Source: Candidatus Methylomirabilota bacterium | GTDB taxonomy: Bacteria; Methylomirabilota; Methylomirabilia; Methylomirabilales; 2-02-FULL-66-22 | Direction of reading: 5' to 3' | Length of the DNA: 52,224 bases | Assembly (NCBI GenBank): GCA_026387775.1 | Contig: JAPLLC010000092.1 | Coordinates: 1 to 52,224 of the forward strand | Shown here: in pieces, positions 45,417-52,224 of the stretch | Numbering within the stretch: position 1 is the first letter of the stretch | Layout: each line of letters begins with the position of its first letter | Made by a program: the position numbers and the translations under genes | Notes under the pieces: model-generated | Database searches by the model: none | What the model saw: only the letters and a program-made list of their open reading frames with translations | Told to the model about the DNA's origin: nothing

Positions 45417-48400
45417 TCATCCCTGACTCGTAAGCGCATACACCATGTCGCCGACAAAGCGCCGGAACGAGTCGTTCTCGACGAACTGTTTGTAGACCTG
45501 CGTGTCGTCCTTGAGCAAAAGCTGCATCACCTTGCCGAGCGCCAGGTCGTGGGCCATGCGCGCGGTGTGCGGCGTGTTCTCCTTGGCGTTCTGGTAGGCC
45601 TTGTCGGCGGCAACCTTCGGCGCGATGTCGTCGCGGATACGGCGCGCGACGCGGTCGGCGTCCGTGAACAGCGTGCCGAAGTGCTCGTTGAAGGCCTTGA
45701 GGATGTTGCTCAGGCGGTCGAGCTCGGGCTCGGGCTTGCGGCCCCCGCCATCCGCCGGCACGGGCTCGATCTGCGCATCTTCATCCGCCAGCGCGATCTT
45801 CATCACCGCCTTCTTCTCGACGCGGTAGCTGTCCATGTCGATGGCTTCGAGGATGCCCTTGGCGAGGTCCTCCTCCTTCGGCGCGGGCAGCTTGGGGGTG
45901 AGCAGGTTCAGCAGGATCGAGAGCTTCTCCCATTCGCGGTTGGTGTAGGGCATGATCGAGGCGAGAAAGTCGTACGTGCGGCAGAACGCCTTCGCCTTGC
46001 CCTTGAAGTCCACCTGCTGGTCCTCGCCGAGCCTGCCCGTGTAGACCGCCACGCACGCATCAAGGATCGGGTCGAGCTTGTCGCGGTCGGCGCCGCCGAG
46101 GAACAACTCGACGAACTGCTGCACCTGCTCCGGTGAATACACCTGCGCACGATCCAGCGCCGTCTTCAGGTCGTGGAGCTTGTTGGGGTCGGTCTCCTCC
46201 GCGAGCAGTGTCGTGCGGTAGTAGTCCTGGAAGGCGAAGGTAATCGCCTCTGAATTGTTCTGGAAGTCGAGCACGAAGCAGTCGTGCTTCTGCGGATGCG
46301 CACGGTTGAGCCGTGACAGCGTCTGCACCGCCTTGATCCCTGAGAGTGGCTTGTCCACGTACATCGTGTGCAAGAGCGGCTCGTCGTAGCCGGTCTGAAA
46401 CTTGTCCGCGCAGATCAGGAAGCGGTACGGATCGGCCTGGATCTTCTCGGCGATATCGCCGCTCGGAAAACCGTTGAGCGAGGTCTCGCTGACCTTCCCC
46501 CCGCCGTAGTCATGCTCGCCCGAGAACGCGACGATGGCCTTGTATGGGCTCTTGCGTTCCTCCAGATATGCCTTCACCGCATGGAAATACTGGACCGCGC
46601 GCTCGATCCCGCTGCAGACGACCATCGCCCGCGCCTGCCCGCCGATCTTCCCGGGGGCGAGCACCTGCTCGTGGAAGTGATCGATCATGATCTCGGCCTT
46701 GAGCCGGATCGCGTGGTGGTGGCTCTCCACGTACTTGCGGAGCTTCTTGTTCGCCTTCTTGGTATCGAACTCCGGGTCGTCCTCGATCTTCTTGACCAGC
46801 TTGTAATAGCTCTCGACCGGGGTGTAGCTCTTGAGCACGTCAAGGATGAACCGCTCCTCGACCGCCTGCTTCATCGTGTAGCTGTGGAAGGGCCGGTGCT
46901 TGACCTTGCCCTCGGCGTCGGCCGGCAGCGCCTCGCCGAACATCTCCAGCGTCTTGTTCTTGGGCGTGGCGGTGAACGCGAAGTAGCTCGCGTTGGTCAG
47001 CATCTTGCGCGCCGCCATGCGCTGCTCCAACGCCTCGTTCACCGTGTCTTCCGGGTCGGTCTCCGTGTCCTTGCCCTCCGCCGCGTCGCCAAGCGCCTTG
47101 CTCATTGCCGCCGAGGTCTTGCCGCCCTGGCTCGAATGGGCCTCGTCGATGACGATGGCGAAGGTCTTGCCGCCCTCGGTAGCAATCTCGTCGAGGATGA
47201 AGGGAAACTTCTGCACCGTCGAGATAATGATCTTCTTGCCCTGCTCGATGAACTTGCGCAGGTCTCCCGAGTGCTCGGCGTGGCCCACCGTCGCGCCCAC
47301 CTGCATGAACTGCTTGATGGTCCGCTGGATCTGGTCGTCGAGGATGCGCCGGTCGGTGACCACGATCACCGAGTCGAAGATCTCCTTGCCGTCGCGCTTC
47401 AAGCCGATGAGTTGGTGCGCGAGCCAGGCGATGGAGTTCGACTTGCCGCTGCCCGCCGAGTGTTGGACGAGGTAGCGCTTGCCCGCTCCGTGGGCGCGCA
47501 CATCAGCCAGGGCCCTGCGCACCACGCCGAGCTGGTGGTAACGCGGAAAGACCTGGCTGCGTTTCTTCCGGCCCGTCTTCTGGTGCTTGGTCTCGACGAT
47601 CTGGGCGTAGTTCTCGAGGATGTCGGTCAGCCCCGCCGGAGTGAGCACCGCTTTCCAGAGGTAGTCGGTCTTGAGGCCGTTCGGGTTGGGCGGGTTGCCC
47701 GCGCCGTCGTTGTAGCCCTTGTTGAGGGGGAGGAACCACGAGCCCTTGCCCATGAGCACGGTACACATGCGCACCTCGCCGTCGTCCACGGCGAAGTGCA
47801 CCACGCAGCGGCCGAACCCAAACAGCCGCTCGCGCGGGTCGCGGTCGCGGCGGTACTGCTCCACCGCGTCCTCCACCGTCTGCTTGGTGAGGCTGTTCTT
47901 CAGCTCGAACGTGGCGATGGGCAGCCCGTTGATAAACAGGCACAAGTCGAGCGCGCGGCGGGTCTCGTCGGTGCTGTAGGCGAGCTGGCGCGTGACCGAG
48001 AAGCGGTTCAAAGCGTGCAGCGCTTGCGCCTTGGCGTTGCCCTCCGAGGGCGTGCCGTAGAAGAGGTCGAAGTGCACCGGCCCGTGGTCCACGCCCTTGC
48101 GCAGCACATCGATGACGCCGCGCTTCCCGATCTCGGACGAGAGGCGCGCGAGGAATTTGAGCCGGCTGATGTCCTTCGGGTCGCTGGCGGCGGCCAGCGC
48201 CAGCTTCTTGAACGCCTCGGGCTGAGTCGCTCGCAGGAAGGCAAAGAGCTGCGCCACGTCGACCGCGTGGGCGCGGTCGTAGTCACGGGCGCTGCCCGCA
48301 AAGTAGCCTGTGCCCCCATACGGCGGACGCGCCTCGGCCTCGACGCCCGGCGTGACGGCCAGGCCGCCTGCCTGCGCCGAACCTCCGGCAGGCAGGTCCG

Positions 48401-48461
48401 TGCCGGTCATGTGGCGCATGATGAGCGTTTCGAGGCCCTTCTCGGAGATGTCGGTGGTCAT
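45417..48461 (-). CDS. hsdR: Type I restriction endonuclease subunit R
   Basis: DL..FINGLP..FELKN nuclease motif, HSAGSGKS, DEAH, TATP, FQTGYD and QTLSRLNR motifs. GAGGAGG RBS before ATG 48461. Confidence 0.95.
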   Translation of the reverse strand: MTTDISEKGLETLIMRHMTGTDLPAGGSAQAGGLAVTPGVEAEARPPYGGTGYFAGSARDYDRAHAVDVAQLFAFLRATQPEAFKKLALAAASDPKDISRLKFLARLSSEIGKRGVIDVLRKGVDHGPVHFDLFYGTPSEGNAKAQALHALNRFSVTRQLAYSTDETRRALDLCLFINGLPIATFELKNSLTKQTVEDAVEQYRRDRDPRERLFGFGRCVVHFAVDDGEVRMCTVLMGKGSWFLPLNKGYNDGAGNPPNPNGLKTDYLWKAVLTPAGLTDILENYAQIVETKHQKTGRKKRSQVFPRYHQLGVVRRALADVRAHGAGKRYLVQHSAGSGKSNSIAWLAHQLIGLKRDGKEIFDSVIVVTDRRILDDQIQRTIKQFMQVGATVGHAEHSGDLRKFIEQGKKIIISTVQKFPFILDEIATEGGKTFAIVIDEAHSSQGGKTSAAMSKALGDAAEGKDTETDPEDTVNEALEQRMAARKMLTNASYFAFTATPKNKTLEMFGEALPADAEGKVKHRPFHSYTMKQAVEERFILDVLKSYTPVESYYKLVKKIEDDPEFDTKKANKKLRKYVESHHHAIRLKAEIMIDHFHEQVLAPGKIGGQARAMVVCSGIERAVQYFHAVKAYLEERKSPYKAIVAFSGEHDYGGGKVSETSLNGFPSGDIAEKIQADPYRFLICADKFQTGYDEPLLHTMYVDKPLSGIKAVQTLSRLNRAHPQKHDCFVLDFQNNSEAITFAFQDYYRTTLLAEETDPNKLHDLKTALDRAQVYSPEQVQQFVELFLGGADRDKLDPILDACVAVYTGRLGEDQQVDFKGKAKAFCRTYDFLASIMPYTNREWEKLSILLNLLTPKLPAPKEEDLAKGILEAIDMDSYRVEKKAVMKIALADEDAQIEPVPADGGGRKPEPELDRLSNILKAFNEHFGTLFTDADRVARRIRDDIAPKVAADKAYQNAKENTPHTARMAHDLALGKVMQLLLKDDTQVYKQFVENDSFRRFVGDMVYALTSQG

Positions 48462-48733
48462 GCGGACCTCCTCTTGGGTGGAGCGCCGACAGATCCCATC
48501 AAACAACCGTCAAACAACCAGCGGTCATATAACCCGATGAATAACATAGCCTTGCGGCGCAGGCCGATGCAAAGGTCTGTCGCAGGATGATCGTTCATCA
48601 AGCGATCCCCGCCGATTGCTCGGGTTGGGTACGGCATCGCCGTTGTGAACTCATCCGTTCTTCCCCTGGTATGGTCGAGGAGAGGTTCATGGTGGAGTCG
48701 GTCTAACAGGGTGGCTAGTTCCTCCGCGTTCAT
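48458..48733 (-). pseudogene. 91-aa ORF between hsdS and hsdR, probable deletion remnant of an accessory gene
   Basis: ATGA overlaps at both ends. N-terminus MNAEELATLLDRLHHEP resembles the start of AlbA_2/Schlafen-type RM accessory proteins; the rest is lower in GC and unrecognised. Confidence 0.4.
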
Positions 48734-50148
48734 TCAGTGGCCTCCTCGTCGGAGTGGTCGGCCTCGTTGCTCAAGTTGGCGGGCTCGTCGGTGGCGGCGG
48801 GTGCGGTTTCCTCGGGCAGCTTGGCCGCCGCCTCGCGCACGTCGAGCTTGCCGGTCACCACATCGGCGATGAGGCGGGTGCGGTATTCGCGGAGGAGTTC
48901 GATCTCGCGTTCGAGGCGGGAGATGGCGGTGAGCAACGGCGCCTGCTCGTCAGCTAGGGAATCAAGTATTGCCTGTTGCTCCGCGAGCGAAGGAAACGGA
49001 ACAGCCAAGTTTGCATACTTGTCAGCACCGATATTCTGAATCGTCGCGGTATTGAACGTTGAGTCTTTCCAGGCAGCGAATGCCCTGCTCTGGGTGAATG
49101 CAAAGAGAAACTCTGGAGACACTAGTCCTCGGTGCGGTCTTGCACGGATCAGGTATCCAGCATGGCAAGCAGCCCCCGTGTCCTTGACAACTAGGAACGC
49201 CTTGCCGACAGTAGCTCCGCTTCTGGCCAACAGTATGTCGCCTGGTTCAACCAGGAAATCACATGCAATACTTGGAGGGAGTGAGCGAAACGTCTCGGCT
49301 TTGAGTGAACCGTCTGCACGAAAGTCAGTGATGCGGATATAGCGCGGCCAGTCGGGGTTTGTGAATTCAGCTGCAGCGTTTGCGCCATAAGTCAGTCGCC
49401 CTTTGATCAGGTGTCTCAACCGCCGTACCCCCCAATGCTGCAGAATGTCGCCGAGCCAGGGGATACCGGAGGGTTTGAGGGGGACGGAGGTCGCCTGCCC
49501 TGAGCCTGTCGAGTGGAGGCCGCGGGTGACGGCGCGGTGGATGATGGCCTGCTTCTGCTCCGTGAGCAGCGCGATCACCTTCCGCTTCGCCCGGATCGCC
49601 CGCTCCAGCCGCCCGTTCGCCCAGTCCAGAAACCGCCCGATTGCAGCTTGCTCTTCAGCCGGAGGCAGGGGCATGTAGGCCCGACTCAACCTTTCGTAGT
49701 CGATGTTCTGACCTTCGCGAATGCCCGTCACGAACAGTGTCAAACTGCTAATGAAGTCGGGCGACTTGAAGAAACGCGAGTAGTAGCCTTGACGCACCTC
49801 TCGTCTCGGTGTGAGGATCGTATAAGCGGGACTGATGATGCCGCGACAGTGCGCGAGCTCGATACCCCCCTCGAATGAACGGAGGCTAATGACGAAGTCA
49901 CCCGTCTCAACAAGCTTGAGAAGGTGGAAGTCCTTCATCGCCGTTACGGTCCGCGCGCCGTAATGATCCTTGCGGACGACGCCCTTGCTTTGTGTTGCTG
50001 CAAGCAAAGGTTCCTCTGGGAAGCCCTTCTGAATTCGTTCATTGAAAAGGAACTTCATGCGGCGTTGGCCCCAATGCCCCGGCACCTTCCCGAGCCACGG
50101 CAATCCCGACTCCTTGTATTTCGGATACGGCCTGAGGTCGGCGATCAT
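48730..50148 (-). CDS. hsdS: Type I restriction-modification specificity subunit S
   Basis: YKESGLPWLGKVP.HW and LKPSGIPWLG..HW repeats, P...EQ.AI coiled-coil spacers, two lower-GC TRDs, LIADVVTGKLDV tail. Confidence 0.95.
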   Translation of the reverse strand: MIADLRPYPKYKESGLPWLGKVPGHWGQRRMKFLFNERIQKGFPEEPLLAATQSKGVVRKDHYGARTVTAMKDFHLLKLVETGDFVISLRSFEGGIELAHCRGIISPAYTILTPRREVRQGYYSRFFKSPDFISSLTLFVTGIREGQNIDYERLSRAYMPLPPAEEQAAIGRFLDWANGRLERAIRAKRKVIALLTEQKQAIIHRAVTRGLHSTGSGQATSVPLKPSGIPWLGDILQHWGVRRLRHLIKGRLTYGANAAAEFTNPDWPRYIRITDFRADGSLKAETFRSLPPSIACDFLVEPGDILLARSGATVGKAFLVVKDTGAACHAGYLIRARPHRGLVSPEFLFAFTQSRAFAAWKDSTFNTATIQNIGADKYANLAVPFPSLAEQQAILDSLADEQAPLLTAISRLEREIELLREYRTRLIADVVTGKLDVREAAAKLPEETAPAATDEPANLSNEADHSDEEATE

Positions 50149-50453
50149 GGCTGGCTTTCCCGTTCATCGCTATCCCAGTATTCACGGTAGGCGTTGATGT
50201 AGTCGGCGGTGGCGGCCGGGTTGATATCCCAATAGTGACGGCAGAGATTCTTATACATCCGCAGTACGGGTTCGTGGCCGCAGAAGTCGAGCAGGCGATC
50301 AAGCGTGTGCTCGATGTGCCGAATATCGCGACTGCGGGTGCGCAGGATGTCGTCGACCACTGGCTGGTATTGCTGCGCAGCCTGCTGCTGAAGGTCACGC
50401 AGGCCCCGAGCGAGGCTTCTGATTGCCTGGTACGTGGCGTCGCCGGAATTCAT
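50145..50453 (-). CDS. Small alpha-helical hypothetical protein (102 aa) inside the RM operon
   Basis: ATG overlaps the yhcG stop and its TGA overlaps the hsdS ATG. Reads IEHTLDRLLDFC...YKNLCRHYW...YINAYREYWD. Confidence 0.7.
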   Translation of the reverse strand: MNSGDATYQAIRSLARGLRDLQQQAAQQYQPVVDDILRTRSRDIRHIEHTLDRLLDFCGHEPVLRMYKNLCRHYWDINPAATADYINAYREYWDSDERESQP

Positions 50454-51592
50454 TGCCGACCTTCCGGGTTGGGGAGCCGCTTGACCGCCTGCTCCCTGGC
50501 GTGTTCCATCGCCTGATGCAGCCGGGCGCGGAGCAGCGGCAGCGGCGGCAACTCCGTGAGGTACTCGCTGACACGGATGGATTTGGCATCGAGCTGAAGC
50601 AGTTCCACCTGCTCGGCATCGGTGGAGGCGCACAGGATGAGTCCGATCGGCGCTTCCTCGCTGGGAGCGCGTTCGTGTTTGTCCAGCCAGCGCAGGTACA
50701 GCTCCATCTGGCCAACATGCGCGGGCTGGAATGACTCCAGTTTCAATTCGACGGCAATCAGCCTGCGGAGGTAGCGGTGGAAGAAGAGCAGGTCGAGATG
50801 AAAATCGTCCTTGCCTACGCTCATGCGCTTTTGTCGGGCGACGAAGGCGAAGCCGGTGCCCAGCTCCAGCAGGACACCCTCGATCTCGCGCAAGATGGCG
50901 CTCTCGAGGTCGCGCTCGCTGTAGGCTCCCGTGAGTCCCAGCAGATCGAGAAGGTACGGATCGCGAAAGACGATGTCGGGGGTCATGTGTCCGTCGCGCA
51001 GTTGCGCAAGCTCCGCCGAGATGACGGCTTCCGGTTTTCTCGACAACGCGGTGCGCTGGAACAGCATGCCGCCGATCTTCTGCCGGAGCGTGCGCACATC
51101 CCAGCGCTCGATTCGGCACATTTCGGCGTAGAAATCGCGAGCCATCTGATCTTTGATCGGCAGCAGCGCATGAACATGTGACCAGCTCAATTGTTGTGAC
51201 AGCGTCACGACAATGGCCTCATCGGGGAACAACTGCGCGAACTGGATCATGCGGGCAATTTCGGCATAGCTAAAGCCGCGCCCATACTCCGCCGTCAATT
51301 CTCGTGACACGGTCACGAGAATTTGTCTTCCATACGCGGCCCTACCGCCTTGGAGATTCTCATTCAAAAGGCGCCGTCCCACGTGCCAGCAGAGCAACGT
51401 CTGTGTGGAATAGGCTACCGTGGCAATCCGCTGGCGTGCGGACTGGATGAGGCTGCGCAAATCCGAGAGGAGGCCCGCAGCATCAACGACTGCGGGCGTT
51501 TTTGTCTCGACGGCTTGGCTGCGTTGTTTGCGATCCTCTGGCCGTAGCGCGGAGGGCCTGGGCTTTGGGTATGAAGGGGCGGCCTTCTTCAT
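50450..51592 (-). CDS. yhcG: YhcG / DUF1016 PD-(D/E)xK nuclease domain protein
   Basis: RAAYG, YGRGFS, LSWSH, DPYLLD, LLELG.GFAFVARQKR, DLLF, AVELK, GQM..Y and PIGLILC motifs. Confidence 0.9.
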   Translation of the reverse strand: MKKAAPSYPKPRPSALRPEDRKQRSQAVETKTPAVVDAAGLLSDLRSLIQSARQRIATVAYSTQTLLCWHVGRRLLNENLQGGRAAYGRQILVTVSRELTAEYGRGFSYAEIARMIQFAQLFPDEAIVVTLSQQLSWSHVHALLPIKDQMARDFYAEMCRIERWDVRTLRQKIGGMLFQRTALSRKPEAVISAELAQLRDGHMTPDIVFRDPYLLDLLGLTGAYSERDLESAILREIEGVLLELGTGFAFVARQKRMSVGKDDFHLDLLFFHRYLRRLIAVELKLESFQPAHVGQMELYLRWLDKHERAPSEEAPIGLILCASTDAEQVELLQLDAKSIRVSEYLTELPPLPLLRARLHQAMEHAREQAVKRLPNPEGRQ

Positions 51593-52224
51593 GGCTTGGC
51601 GCCCCCTTTCAGCAATCCATCCAGCAGCCCCTCGGCCTCTTTCTCGACGGCGAGGATGTCGGCGCTGATCTCTTCGAGCGTACGCAGCGGCTGCGGTTTG
51701 TAGAAGTGGCGGGTGAAGCTCACCTCGTAGCCGACCTTGGTGGCGTCCTCTTTGATCCAGGCATCGGGCGTGTAGGGCAGCACCTCGCGGCGGATGAAGG
51801 CTTCGATGCCGCCTTCTTCCAGGAGCGGCACCTGCTCGGTGTCGCGCAGGTCGGAGTCGGGCTCATACTCCACGAGGCGTGGAGCACCCTCGCCCCCGGC
51901 CCCTCTCCCAGGGGTAGAGGGGAGCTCGAACAGGCCGCGCAGCGCGTCGGCCTTCGCCTTGCCAGGCTTGTGCACCTTAGCAATAACCGGCGGCGCGGTC
52001 TCGACGCGCCAGCTCACAGCCTTCAGGATCTGCTTCAGGTCGGCGGCGGAGAGCCTGATGCCGGCCTGATCGAGCGCGGCATCCACACGGGCGCGGAAGA
52101 TGTTGTGGTCCTCGAAGAGCTTGTCGCCTAATGCCTCCCGCAACGCCGTAGCCGCATCGACGAGGCGGCCGTCGCGCTCCCAGGTCTTGGGGTCGAGTAG
52201 CTTCTTTTTCTTCTTCTCGGGCAG
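51589..52224 (-). CDS. hsdM: Type I restriction-modification methyltransferase subunit M, C-terminal part (runs off the window)
   Basis: Frame open to the window edge; EYEPDSDLRDTEQVPL, REVLPY.PDAW, GYEVSFTRHFYK and RTLEEI motifs typical of HsdM C-termini. Confidence 0.88.
   Translation of the reverse strand: MPEKKKKKLLDPKTWERDGRLVDAATALREALGDKLFEDHNIFRARVDAALDQAGIRLSAADLKQILKAVSWRVETAPPVIAKVHKPGKAKADALRGLFELPSTPGRGAGGEGAPRLVEYEPDSDLRDTEQVPLLEEGGIEAFIRREVLPYTPDAWIKEDATKVGYEVSFTRHFYKPQPLRTLEEISADILAVEKEAEGLLDGLLKGGAKP

Noticed and set aside
45399-45417. Island boundary or att site at the AsmA/hsdR junction
   Set aside because: The convergent genes are only 17 nt apart, but no tRNA, integrase or direct repeat is visible, so an att site cannot be called.

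Overview
GC-rich bacterial chromosomal window with no tRNA, rRNA, CRISPR array or intact IS element recognised. From left to right it holds: (1) tldD, a lipoprotein nucleoside hydrolase and small hypothetical genes; (2) a ~14 kb putative catabolic locus for a phosphorylated polyol or sugar, comprising a CMD-family protein, racemase, RraA/aldolase, SDR, split transketolase, two paralogous PHP phosphoesterases, a HAD phosphatase, an Ugp-like ABC importer lacking its ATPase, and a divergent GpsA-like dehydrogenase, UroD/MtaA-family protein and GntR regulator; (3) a Gfo/Idh/MocA oxidoreductase, a ribokinase frameshifted by a 28-bp tandem duplication, a Tat-type 5'-nucleotidase and a NUDIX-GNAT fusion; (4) a DEAD-box helicase with a long leader; (5) an ECF sigma factor, a zinc-finger anti-sigma with a CpoB-like TPR domain and a DUF4139 gene with two matching ECF promoters, next to tetR and pal; (6) an aldehyde:ferredoxin oxidoreductase gene fragment; (7) a hopanoid cluster (hpnA, cruF-like, hpnH, shc, hpnG-like) running into GH57/DUF3536, DUF502, HlyC/CorC and an AsmA-like gene; (8) a type I restriction-modification operon (hsdM partial, yhcG, small ORF, hsdS, gene remnant, hsdR) whose three subunits each appear to carry a short in-frame repeat-like insert. 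Product calls rest on motif recognition by eye; no database searches were run.
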